This document shows positions 16,480 through 25,016 of a DNA stretch of 35,376 bases, one piece after another. A program made the translations under genes and the position numbers. Position 1 is the first letter of the stretch; the number at the start of each line of letters is the position of its first letter. The DNA is taken from IMG/VR virus record IMGVR_UViG_3300038315_001552, positions 1 through 35,376 of that record. The stretch is one strand, 5' to 3'. Source of the stretch: a virus (taxonomy: Duplodnaviria > Caudoviricetes). The notes under the pieces were generated by a model. The model saw nothing but the letters and a program-made list of their open reading frames with translations. It had not been told where the DNA came from and ran no database searches.

Positions 16480-16982
16480 ACCCTGCGATCTGCTGGCCGC
16501 TGAAGACAAACCGCATCCGCCGCGGCCTGGTCAATCACACCTTCGGCATGACGCGCCGCAACCGCGACGGTTCGCGGCGTCCGCATCAGGGCTGGGATTT
16601 CGAAGCCCGCAACGGCTCGGAATGCTTCGCGATCGCTGACGGGCAGATCGTCATGGTCCGCAACCAGGGCGCCTATGGCCGCCAGATCATCCTGCGCTTC
16701 GAACACGATTTCGACGGGGATGGCGATCGCGATGTCCTGTTCGCCGCCTACTGCCACCTTTCGCGCGCCGAAGTGAAAGTCGGCGACCAGGTCGCGCGCG
16801 GGCAACGCATCGGCCTGACCGGCAGCAGCGGCAACGCGCGCGGCATGGCCGAAGACGACCAGCATCTGCATTTCGAAATTCGCACCGCGCCGATCGCCGG
16901 CCGCGGTCTGGCGAACCGCTTTTCGCCGCTGGTCGTCTTCGGCAAATGCCCGCTGGGCAAGCCGGTCAAGGGCAACGCCTGA
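16476..16982 (+). CDS. Endolysin, M23 family peptidase
   Basis: HQGWD (HxxxD), YCHLS...VKVGDQVARGQRIG.TG.SG and HLHFEIR (HxH). Lies between holins and spanins. Confidence 0.88.
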   Translation: MNPAICWPLKTNRIRRGLVNHTFGMTRRNRDGSRRPHQGWDFEARNGSECFAIADGQIVMVRNQGAYGRQIILRFEHDFDGDGDRDVLFAAYCHLSRAEVKVGDQVARGQRIGLTGSSGNARGMAEDDQHLHFEIRTAPIAGRGLANRFSPLVVFGKCPLGKPVKGNA

Positions 16983-17161
16983 TGGCGCCCGAAACCGCCG
17001 CGGTCGTCTTCGCGGCCAGCGCGCTGGCGGTTTCGATTTTCCTACACGCCGCGCTTTGCGGCATCGGTCCGCGGCCGACGATTCGGCGCGCGGGCATCTG
17101 GCTGGAAGGATGGAAAATGGAACGTAACGGGAAGCGGCGCACCGGCGGGGGCTCGGCATGA
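16982..17161 (+). CDS. Small membrane protein (59 aa)
   Basis: MAPETAAVVFAASALAVSIFLH..., translationally coupled on both sides. Confidence 0.55.
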   Translation: MAPETAAVVFAASALAVSIFLHAALCGIGPRPTIRRAGIWLEGWKMERNGKRRTGGGSA

Positions 17162-17808
17162 TCGCGCCGCCGCAAGTCTTCGCCGCCGGCATCACGCTGA
17201 AGGGCATTCGGCTATTGTTCACGCTGCTGCTTCTAACGGCGCTGGCCATCGGCTTGGCGATTCAGACCGCCAGGCTGGAAGGCTTCAAGGTCTGGCCGCT
17301 GTCGATGACAGGCTGGATTGAAATCGCGGGGGCGAGGCAGACAACCATCGAAGACATGATCGCGGCCCAGGAACGGGCCGCCGACCAGGCGCGCGCGGCG
17401 CGCGTCCAACACGAAAAGACCTATCGCGAAATAGCGGAAAGGATTGACGAGAATGCAACCGATCAACTGGAAGCCGCGCTGGCCGCTGCTGATCGCTTTG
17501 TCGCTGCTGGCGGCATGCGGGCCGAAGCGGGTCGAAATACGCGCTGCGCAACCCGAACCGGCGCCGAAGATAACGCCGCCGAAAATTCTGCAGCAGCCGG
17601 TCGAACGCCCCAGCTGGATGCCCGAAACGCTGGCCAGCCTGCTGGGCTGGAAGGCGCAGCAGGAACCGCCGAAAGCCTAGTCCTGGTTCCGGCGGCCGAC
17701 ATCCGCCTTTGCACCATCAACACCATCAAGGCCGAAGCGGGTCGCGACCTGGCGCTGCAGCTGGAAGCCGAATCGAAGAAGAAATCCGAACAGGGATCGC
17801 CGCAATGA
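17158..17808 (+). CDS. Inner-membrane spanin (Rz-like)
   Basis: N-terminal TM, Ala-rich coiled coil, and a nested lipoprotein ORF. Confidence 0.75.
   Translation: MIAPPQVFAAGITLKGIRLLFTLLLLTALAIGLAIQTARLEGFKVWPLSMTGWIEIAGARQTTIEDMIAAQERAADQARAARVQHEKTYREIAERIDENATDQLEAALAAADRFVAAGGMRAEAGRNTRCATRTGAEDNAAENSAAAGRTPQLDARNAGQPAGLEGAAGTAESLVLVPAADIRLCTINTIKAEAGRDLALQLEAESKKKSEQGSPQ
17453..17680 (+). CDS. Outer-membrane spanin (Rz1-like lipoprotein), nested in the +1 frame
   Basis: Signal peptide plus lipobox LAAC, Pro-rich mature part, and GAAAGGA SD upstream. Confidence 0.75.
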   Translation: MQPINWKPRWPLLIALSLLAACGPKRVEIRAAQPEPAPKITPPKILQQPVERPSWMPETLASLLGWKAQQEPPKA

Positions 17809-18407
17809 CCATTTTCGCCCCGCCGCAGCCTGAAGACATACCCGCCGACATTGCCGGCCTGGTCCGCATCGGAAACGTTGTTTCGGTCGACCTCGCCGCC
17901 GCGCGATGCGTCGTCCGCTATGGTGACCCCGAAGACGATGCGCCCGCGCAGACCCCGCCGATCCGCTGGCTGGCCCCGCGCGCCGGCCTGACCCGTACCT
18001 GGTCGCCGCCCAGCGTGGGCGAACAGGTTCTGCTGCTGTCACCCGACGGGCAGGTCGGCGCGGCGGTCGCAGTCATGGGGCTGGTACAGGACGCCTTCCC
18101 GCCGCTGGGCTCGACCACCGCCGAAATGATCGAATTCGCCGATGGCGCGCGCATTACTTACGATGTCGAAGCGGGTAAACTGAAGGCGATCTTGCCCGCC
18201 GGCGGAACCGCCGAAATCGACGCGCCTGGCGGCATCACGCTGCGCGGAAACGTCACCATCGAAGGTGATGTCAGCATCACCGGCAAGGTCGATGTCAGCG
18301 AGACTTTGACCGCCGCCGACGATGTGATAGCGGATGGCATCAGCCTGACCGATCACGTTCATGGCGCGGTCAAGGCAGGGACCGACAAGTCGGGCAAACC
18401 CCAATAA
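17805..18407 (+). CDS. V: Baseplate spike protein V
   Basis: LVRIGNV, WLAPRAG.TRTWSPPSVGEQV.LLSP.G, FADGA.I.YD and C-terminal SLTDHVHG. Confidence 0.93.
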   Translation: MTIFAPPQPEDIPADIAGLVRIGNVVSVDLAAARCVVRYGDPEDDAPAQTPPIRWLAPRAGLTRTWSPPSVGEQVLLLSPDGQVGAAVAVMGLVQDAFPPLGSTTAEMIEFADGARITYDVEAGKLKAILPAGGTAEIDAPGGITLRGNVTIEGDVSITGKVDVSETLTAADDVIADGISLTDHVHGAVKAGTDKSGKPQ

Positions 18408-18442
18408 ACCCACGAGCGATGCGATCGATGCGGCGGCAGCAT

Positions 18443-18461
18443 GGTGGAATTCCCTTCCACC
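18443..18461 (+). promoter_or_regulatory. Putative late-activator (Ogr) box upstream of W
   Basis: Perfect dyad GGTGGAA-N5-TTCCACC, 48 nt before ATG 18510. Confidence 0.6.
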
Positions 18462-18509
18462 GCTGCCGCCGCTGGCGTTTCGCGCGCGGGGGCTGCTTTG
18501 CTGGTCAGC

Positions 18510-18890
18510 ATGATCGGCATGGACAGGACCACCGGAAAAACGCTTTCGGGCGATGCGCACCTGGCGCAATCGATCGGCGACATCCTGTCGACGCCGCTGG
18601 GCAGCCGCGTCATGCGCCGCGACTATGGGTCGCTGCTGTTCGAACTGATCGACCGACCGATTAACGGCGCCACCGGCATGCTGATGCGCGCCGCGACTGC
18701 CATCGCGCTGCGCCGCTGGGAACCGCGCCTGCAGCTGACCCGCGTTTCGCTGGATGGCAATTCCGCGCAAGGGCGCCTGGCGATCCGCATCGAAGGCCGC
18801 CGGCGCGACCTGCCGCCCGCCAATTCGCTCACCACCCTGACCATCCCCATCGACATCACCCAGGGCGCGCGCCCCGCGTCCGCAAGCTGA
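18510..18890 (+). CDS. W: Baseplate protein W (gp25-like)
   Basis: GMDRTTG..L.G.AHLAQSIGDILSTPLGSRVMRRDYGS and RWEPRL. Confidence 0.93.
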   Translation: MIGMDRTTGKTLSGDAHLAQSIGDILSTPLGSRVMRRDYGSLLFELIDRPINGATGMLMRAATAIALRRWEPRLQLTRVSLDGNSAQGRLAIRIEGRRRDLPPANSLTTLTIPIDITQGARPASAS

Positions 18891-18903
18891 AGGAAATCGC
18901 CCC

Positions 18904-20082
18904 ATGTTCCACCACGGCCTGACCCTAACCGAATCCGCCGCCGGCGCCCGCGCGCTCGGCGCAGTATCCCTGGCAGTCATCGGCCTTGTGGCTACCGCCA
19001 CCACCACCGGCGACGCGCAGGCGCAGGCCGATCTGGACGCGGCCTTCCCGCTTAACACACCGGTCCTGATTTCGGGCAATGTCGACGCGATGGCCGGCGA
19101 TGGCGGCACGCTTGGCCCTGCGCTGACCGCGATCGGCGACCAGGCGACCCCGATCGTCGTCGTCGTTCGCGTCGAAGAAGGCGCGGACCAGGCTGACACC
19201 GACACCAATGTCATCGGCGCGACCGATGGCAATTCCTACACCGGCCTGCAGGCGCTGCTGGCCGCCCCCACCGCGCTGGGCGTCAAGCCGCAGATCATCG
19301 GCGCGCCGGGGCTCGACAGTCAGCCAGTCGTCGAAGAAATGGTCAGCCTGGCCAAGAAGCTGCGCGGCTTTGTCTATGCTGGCGCGAAGGGCGATGATGG
19401 CGCGACCCCCGCCGCGACCGAAGCTGAAGCGATCACCTATCGCGGCAATTTTGCGCATCGCGAACTGATGATCATCTGGCCCGACACCGCCCAGGGCGGC
19501 GGCGACAATGTCGCGCGGGCTTTGGGCCTTCGTGCGCAGATCGATGAAAAGACCGGATGGCACAAGACGCTGTCCAATATTCCCCTGGTCGGCGTCACCG
19601 GCCTGGAACATGACGTCCACTTCGACCTGACCGACCCGACCACCGCCGCCGGCCTGCTCAATGCCAAGGAAGTGACCACCATGGTCCGCCAGAACGGCTT
19701 CCGCTTCTGGGGCAACCGCACCTGCGCCGACCCCGCGCAATCGCCCGAATTCGTCTTCGAAAGCGCGGTCCGCACCAGCCATGCGCTGCAGGCGGTCATC
19801 GAACAAATCGTCTCGCCTTATCTCGACCAACCCATGACCAACGGTCTGGTCAAGGATATGATCGAAACCGGCAACGCGCGCTTTCGCCAGCTGGCGGTCG
19901 AAGGCAAGATCATCGGCGCCGAAATGTTCTTCGATCCGGCCGATAATTCCGCGCAGGAACTGGCCGCCGGCCGCCCGCGCTTCCGCGTCGAATTCACGCC
20001 GGCCGCGCCGCTCGAGAACCCGAACGTCAACCTGGTCATCACTGATTTCTTTTATTCGAACTTCGCCGACCAGCTGGTCTGA
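18904..20082 (+). CDS. FI: Tail sheath protein (FI)
   Basis: MFHHG, FPLNTPVL, TGLQALL, GWHKTLSN and GFRFWGNRT. Confidence 0.96.
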   Translation: MFHHGLTLTESAAGARALGAVSLAVIGLVATATTTGDAQAQADLDAAFPLNTPVLISGNVDAMAGDGGTLGPALTAIGDQATPIVVVVRVEEGADQADTDTNVIGATDGNSYTGLQALLAAPTALGVKPQIIGAPGLDSQPVVEEMVSLAKKLRGFVYAGAKGDDGATPAATEAEAITYRGNFAHRELMIIWPDTAQGGGDNVARALGLRAQIDEKTGWHKTLSNIPLVGVTGLEHDVHFDLTDPTTAAGLLNAKEVTTMVRQNGFRFWGNRTCADPAQSPEFVFESAVRTSHALQAVIEQIVSPYLDQPMTNGLVKDMIETGNARFRQLAVEGKIIGAEMFFDPADNSAQELAAGRPRFRVEFTPAAPLENPNVNLVITDFFYSNFADQLV

Positions 20083-20124
20083 TCGCCGACGCCTGCTGAC
20101 CATCTAGACCCGCGAAAGGGCCGC

Positions 20125-20150
20125 ATCCTCAAGTAGCGAAGCGGTAGGAT
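20125..20150 (+). repeat. Conserved hairpin motif copy 4
   Basis: ATCCT-CAAGTA-GC-GAA-GC-GGT-AGGAT, just before the FII SD. Confidence 0.85.
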
Positions 20151-20166
20151 TGAAAGGAACACCATC

Positions 20167-20676
20167 ATGGGAATCCCCAAGAAGCTGAAGAACATGAACA
20201 TCCACGTCGATGGCCAGGGCTACCTGGGCCGCGCGTCGGAATTCGAAGAACCGCCGCTGGCGATTGCGACCGAGGATTATCGCGGCGCCGGCATGCTCGG
20301 CCCCGTCAAGATCGACATGGGCCTGGAGGGCATGGAAGCGAAGCTGAAGATGGGCGGGCATGAAGTCGGCCTGATCCGCAAATTCGGCACCACCCAGGTT
20401 GATGGCGTCCGCGTTCGCCTGACCGGCGCCTATCAGGCCGACGATGGCACCGGAGCACAGGCAGTCGAATGCTATATCGGCGGACGCTTCACCGAAATTT
20501 CGCCTGGCACCGCCAAGCCTGGCGACGACACCGAACAGGAATACACCGTTCCGCTGTCCTACTATCGCCGCGAAGTCGATGGCCGCGTCGAAGTCGAAAT
20601 CGACATGATCGCGGGCAAATTCCTGGTCGATGGCGTCGACCGCTATGCCGAGATCATGGCCATCATCGCCAACTGA
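20167..20676 (+). CDS. FII: Tail tube protein (FII)
   Basis: PKKLKNMN, YRGAGM.GPV.IDMG and EIDM....VDGVD. Confidence 0.95.
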   Translation: MGIPKKLKNMNIHVDGQGYLGRASEFEEPPLAIATEDYRGAGMLGPVKIDMGLEGMEAKLKMGGHEVGLIRKFGTTQVDGVRVRLTGAYQADDGTGAQAVECYIGGRFTEISPGTAKPGDDTEQEYTVPLSYYRREVDGRVEVEIDMIAGKFLVDGVDRYAEIMAIIAN

Positions 20677-20788
20677 TTTGACCTTTCGGCGGCCGGACCT
20701 TTTGCGGGGCAGCCGGTCGCTGGAAAACGGGCTGGCCGGTTGAACCCTCCCCTGGCTGGCCAGCCCACCCCACGCCCCGTTTCTTGTC

Positions 20789-20820
20789 GGCGCTACCGGC
20801 CTTTGGCCTGCTTGAGCGCC
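20789..20820 (-). repeat. Conserved hairpin motif copy 5 (minus)
   Basis: Reverse complement: GGCGCT-CAAGCA-GGCC-AAA-GGCC-GGT-AGCGCC. Confidence 0.85.
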
Positions 20821-20833
20821 AGAACCATCACCC

Positions 20834-20863
20834 GCCCTCAAGCAGCGCACGGCGCGATAGGGC
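20834..20863 (+). repeat. Conserved hairpin motif copy 6
   Basis: GCCCT-CAAGCA-GCGC-ACG-GCGC-GAT-AGGGC. Confidence 0.85.
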
Positions 20864-20881
20864 AAACAGGAAAGACCCCGC

Positions 20882-21244
20882 ATGGCCGACACCGAAACCG
20901 AAACGACGCCCGCCCCGACCGCGAAGAAGCAAGTCTTCGAAACCGTCACCCTGTCGCAGCCGATCATCCGCGGCGACAAGGAAATCACCCAGCTGCAGCT
21001 GCGCAAGCCCAAGGCGGGCGAATTGCGCGGCCTGTCGATGGGCGATGTCGTCGGGATGGACGTCACCGCGCTGATCAAGCTGACCCCGCGCATCAGCGAC
21101 CCTGTCCTGACCGAAGCCGAAGTCGCCGACCTGGATGCCGATGATTTCACCGAAATCGCCGGAGCCATCCGCGGTTTTTTTATGACGAAGGGGGAAGTGA
21201 TGGTGATGGAAGCGATGATGGCAGAGCATCAGCCGAAGACCTGA
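20882..21244 (+). CDS. E: Tail assembly chaperone gpE
   Basis: VTLSQPIIRG..I..L.LRKP.AGELRGL and LD.DDF.....I.GFF. Confidence 0.9.
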   Translation: MADTETETTPAPTAKKQVFETVTLSQPIIRGDKEITQLQLRKPKAGELRGLSMGDVVGMDVTALIKLTPRISDPVLTEAEVADLDADDFTEIAGAIRGFFMTKGEVMVMEAMMAEHQPKT

Positions 21245-21372
21245 TCGCGGACATCGCCGGCATCTTCCATTGGCCGCTCGACCAGCTGGAAGCCCTGACC
21301 GCCGATGACCTGATATTCTGGCACGGCAAGGCGGTTTCCTGGTGGAACGCCCACCGTGCCGGCAAAGACTGA
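20882..21372 (+). CDS. E': gpE+E' -1 frameshift extension
   Basis: T7 slippery run at 21175-21181 (GGT TTT TTT). The -1 frame reads ...LIADIAGIFHWPLDQLEALTADDLIFWHGKA... to TGA 21372, matching the P2 E' ADIA.IFHW motif. Confidence 0.85.
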
Positions 21373-21385
21373 AGATGGACGCCCC

Positions 21386-21411
21386 GTCCTGATGTAGCGA
21401 AGCGATAGGAC
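21386..21411 (+). repeat. Conserved hairpin motif copy 7
   Basis: GTCCT-GATGTA-GC-GAA-GC-GAT-AGGAC, 7 nt before the tape measure ATG. Confidence 0.85.
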
Positions 21412-21418
21412 CGAAAAT

Positions 21419-23599
21419 ATGTCGAACAAATTGTCGCTGCTGGTCAATTTCGTCGGCATCGACAAGATGTCGGGCAGCCTTCGCAACATCATGCAGCTGG
21501 GTCGCAAGGGCTCGCGTTCGCTGGGCGGACTGCGCGGCGAAGGGCGCAAGCTGGAAGCGCAGCTGCGCGATGTCCGACGCGAAATGGCCGGCGCATCGGG
21601 CAACATCACCCAGCTGGCGCAGCGCGAACGCGACTTGGAACGCGCGATCGAAAGCACCAATCGCGACCTTGAAAAGCGCAAGCGGTTGAACGCCATCGAA
21701 GGCGACCGCCGCGCGCTGCGCGCCCGCGGCGAAGACATGATGGCCAAGGGCCGCGATGACATCGCGGTCGGCGCCGGCCTGGCCGCGCCGCTGATCCTCG
21801 CCACCAAGTCAGCAGGCGAATTTTCCAGTGGCATGGTCGACATCCAGCAAAAAGCGAACCTGACCGATACCGCTACTGCTAGGCTGTCGAGCCGCGTCAT
21901 CACGATGGCCAAAAATGCGAAGCGCATGCCAGAGGATATTCGGGCAGGGCTCGACCTGTTACTCGCGAAGGGCGGTGATAGCCTGGGCCTCGGCGCGGCG
22001 GAAAATATCATGGGCCCAGCGGGGCGCATCGCGACCGCGTACAAAGTCGATGTGCCGGATGCGGCGAGCGCCGCCTACGCGAGCATCAGCAATCTCAAGG
22101 TTCCGGCATCCCAGACTGCGCGGATCTTCGACATCATGGCTTCGGCCGGAAACGCCGGCGCTTTCGAAGTGAAGAACATGGCGCGGCATTTCCCCGCGCT
22201 CACTGCCCAGATGCAGGCCCTTGGTGAAAAGGGCGCGCCCGCGGTCGCCGATCTGTCCGCTGCTTTGCAGGTCGCCATGAAGACGGCCGGTAGCGAAGAT
22301 GAGGCCGGAAACAATATCAAGAACCTGCTGGCGAAGATCAACGCGCCAGCCACTATCCGCGCCTTCGAAAAGAACTTCGGTGTCAACCTGCCGGCTGCCA
22401 TGAAAAAACTCACCGATGAAGGCTATTCCTCGCTCGAAGCCATCGCGTTGGTGACGAAGCAGGCGACCGGCGGCGACATGGACAAGCTGGGCTTCGCTTT
22501 CGAAGATCAGCAGGCCCGAATGGGCATGATGGCTCTGCTGCAGAACCTTCCTGAATATCGAAAGATCAGGGCCGATGCTCTGGCGGCAAGCGGCACCGTT
22601 GATCGAGCCTTCAACCAGCGCGTCGCCAAGGACGCGATGGCCAACTGGGAAGCCTTCAAGGGTAGCATTGCTTCGCTGGCAATCGTCCTGGGTGAAAAGT
22701 TGCTACCGCCAGCCACTGAAGCGATGACCATGATCGCCAATTTCGCTTCACGCGTTGGCGATTGGGCTCAAGCCAATCCGCGTGCAGCCAGCACCATCAT
22801 GAAACTCGCGGCGGGGCTGGCGGTCTTCAAACTGGGCCTGGGCGCGGCGCGCATCGCCTTTGGCGGTTTCCTGGGGCCGGCCGCTAATTTCATCGCCTTC
22901 GCGCGCAAGGTTGGCCTGGTCGGCAAGATCTTCTTGGGTCTGCGCACCGCCGCGCTGTTCCTGGCGCGCGGCGTTGTCCAGGCCGGCCTGATGATGATGG
23001 CGAACCCGATTGTCCTGGTCATCACCGCCATCGTCCTGGCGATCGGCGCGGCCGCATATGCGATCTATGCGAACTGGGACAAGATCAAGGCCGCCTTCAG
23101 CCAGGGCGTTGCCTTCATCACCGGCCTGGGCGGGCGCATGCTGTCGATCGGGAAGGATCTGGTCCTGGGGCTCGCGCGCGGCATCGCCGGTGCGCATGTC
23201 GCGGTATGGAACGCGCTGAAGAAAGTCGTCATGGGCGGCATCGCCAAGGCCAAGAACCTGCTGGGCATCAAGAGCCCTAGCCGCGTTTTCATGCAGATCG
23301 GCGCGCACACCGGCGAAGGCATGGCGGTCGGGCTCGATCGCCAGCGCCGGCGCGTGGCGGGCGCGGCCGGCAAGCTGGCCGCCGGCGCGGTCGCTGCAGG
23401 GTCGATGGCCATGGCGCCCACCGCGCTGGCGGCGCGGCCGGACGCAGGAACCGCCCAGGCAGCAGGCGGCGCGCCCATCACCATCCACATCCACCAGCAG
23501 CCTGGCGAGAATGCGCAGGATCTGGCGCAGCGGGTCGCCGACGAACTGACCCGCCGCCAGACCAGCGCGGCACGGCGCAGCTACAGGGACCGCGACTAA
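21419..23599 (+). CDS. T: Tail tape measure protein (T)
   Basis: 726-aa Ala/Gly-rich helical protein with ANPI..I.AI...A...I..NWD and LGIKSPSRVF. Confidence 0.93.
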   Translation: MSNKLSLLVNFVGIDKMSGSLRNIMQLGRKGSRSLGGLRGEGRKLEAQLRDVRREMAGASGNITQLAQRERDLERAIESTNRDLEKRKRLNAIEGDRRALRARGEDMMAKGRDDIAVGAGLAAPLILATKSAGEFSSGMVDIQQKANLTDTATARLSSRVITMAKNAKRMPEDIRAGLDLLLAKGGDSLGLGAAENIMGPAGRIATAYKVDVPDAASAAYASISNLKVPASQTARIFDIMASAGNAGAFEVKNMARHFPALTAQMQALGEKGAPAVADLSAALQVAMKTAGSEDEAGNNIKNLLAKINAPATIRAFEKNFGVNLPAAMKKLTDEGYSSLEAIALVTKQATGGDMDKLGFAFEDQQARMGMMALLQNLPEYRKIRADALAASGTVDRAFNQRVAKDAMANWEAFKGSIASLAIVLGEKLLPPATEAMTMIANFASRVGDWAQANPRAASTIMKLAAGLAVFKLGLGAARIAFGGFLGPAANFIAFARKVGLVGKIFLGLRTAALFLARGVVQAGLMMMANPIVLVITAIVLAIGAAAYAIYANWDKIKAAFSQGVAFITGLGGRMLSIGKDLVLGLARGIAGAHVAVWNALKKVVMGGIAKAKNLLGIKSPSRVFMQIGAHTGEGMAVGLDRQRRRVAGAAGKLAAGAVAAGSMAMAPTALAARPDAGTAQAAGGAPITIHIHQQPGENAQDLAQRVADELTRRQTSAARRSYRDRD

Positions 23600-24024
23600 T
23601 GGCTTCAGCACCGCCCACCGCCCGCGAACTGATGTCGCTGGGCATGTTTGTATTCGGGATGGATAGCGCGCCCTATCAGGCGCTGACCCGCTCGCGCGAA
23701 TGGCGCCATGCGACCGCTGATCGCCACGGCGCCAGGCCGGCGGCGCAATATGTCGGGCCAGGACCGGAAACCATCAGCCTGTCGGGCCTGCTGGTCCCCG
23801 AACTTGGCGCGCGCTTTTCCTCGCTCGAAACGCTCGCCACCATGGCCGACGAAGGCGACACGCATCCGCTGGTCGATGGCCAGGGCCGCGTCTGGGGGCA
23901 TTACCGCATCACCCGCATGGAAGAAGAACAACGCGCCATCATGGCCGGCGGCGCCCCGCGCCAGGTCGGATTTCGCATCGATCTGGAACGCGGCGACGAC
24001 AAGGTCGAAGGACCGGCGGCATGA
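23599..24024 (+). CDS. U: Tail protein U
   Basis: LMSLGMFVF...APYQ.L.R...WRH, QYVGPG.ETI.LSG and LVDGQG.VWG.Y. Confidence 0.92.
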   Translation: MASAPPTARELMSLGMFVFGMDSAPYQALTRSREWRHATADRHGARPAAQYVGPGPETISLSGLLVPELGARFSSLETLATMADEGDTHPLVDGQGRVWGHYRITRMEEEQRAIMAGGAPRQVGFRIDLERGDDKVEGPAA

Positions 24025-25016
24025 CCGCGCGCAAGGCCGGCATTCGCCTGCAGCTGGATGGCGGCGGCGACCTTGCCGACAAGATCAACCCGCGCTTTGT
24101 TTCGCTGTCGCTGACCGAAAAGCGCGAAGCCGAAGCCGACGAACTCGAACTGACGCTGCAGAACACTGACGGGCTGCTGGCGCTGCCCGAACCTGGCGCG
24201 GTCCTGCTGCTGGCGCTGGGCTGGGAAGCGGGCGAAGGCCTGCCTACCGGCCTGGTCGACAAGGGCCGCTTCACCGTCGACGAAGTCGAAGCATCGGGAC
24301 CGCCCGACATGGTCCGTATTCGCGCGCGATCGGCCGACATGACCGGCAGCCTGCGCCAGCGGCGCACGGTCAGCTATGTCGACATGACCCTGGGGCAGAT
24401 CCTGGACCTGGTCGCGCAGCGCCACGGCCGCGAAGCCAGGGTCGACCCCGCGCTGCGCGGCCAGGCGACCGGCCCGATCGAACAGGAAGGCAAAAGCGAC
24501 CTGGCTTTCGTCGCCGACCTAGGCCGCCGCTTCGATGCGATCGCGACCTGGAAGGATGGCAAGCTGCTGTTCCTGCCGATCGGTCAGTCGGCGACCGCCG
24601 GCGGCACCCCGCTGGATCAATTCCAGCTGCGCCGCGAAGATGGCTGGACCTGGCGCTGGGCGCAGGCCGATCGCGACGATTACGATGGCGCCAGCGCGCA
24701 ATGGCAGGACATGGACGCCGGCCAGCGCAAGACGGTCAAGATCGGCGGCGACAACCGGCTGAAGCTGAAACGGGTGTATGCGACCGAAGGCGAAGCGCGC
24801 CAGGCCGCGCAGGCCGCGTTGTCGCGCGCCAAGCGCAAGCCCTATTCCTTCAGCTATGACCTGGCGATCGCCAATCCCGCGCTGCAGGTCGACGGGCGCA
24901 TCGCGCTGGCGGGATGGAACGACAAGATCGATGGCGCCAGCTGGCTGCTCGAAAGCATCCGCACCGACATGGATGCGAACGGCCTGCGCCAGTCGATCGA
25001 AATGGAAAGCGTCTAG
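24021..25016 (+). CDS. D: Baseplate hub / late control protein D
   Basis: SLSLTEKR..EADEL.L, LALGW, LVDKG.FTVDEVE.SGPPD and EQ..KSD..F...L. Confidence 0.93.
   Translation: MTARKAGIRLQLDGGGDLADKINPRFVSLSLTEKREAEADELELTLQNTDGLLALPEPGAVLLLALGWEAGEGLPTGLVDKGRFTVDEVEASGPPDMVRIRARSADMTGSLRQRRTVSYVDMTLGQILDLVAQRHGREARVDPALRGQATGPIEQEGKSDLAFVADLGRRFDAIATWKDGKLLFLPIGQSATAGGTPLDQFQLRREDGWTWRWAQADRDDYDGASAQWQDMDAGQRKTVKIGGDNRLKLKRVYATEGEARQAAQAALSRAKRKPYSFSYDLAIANPALQVDGRIALAGWNDKIDGASWLLESIRTDMDANGLRQSIEMESV

Noticed and set aside
18039-21168. Long antisense ORFs (e.g. 18925-20103, 18039-19232, 20104-21168; also 4067-5005, 5206-6180, 32819-33805)
   Set aside because: These are shadow frames of GC-rich genes with recognisable products on the other strand, and they show no motifs or SD.
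8302-21411. Hairpin repeats as a CRISPR array or intrinsic terminators
   Set aside because: They are dispersed rather than regularly spaced, and there are no spacers or cas genes. They lack U tracts and have a conserved internal loop.
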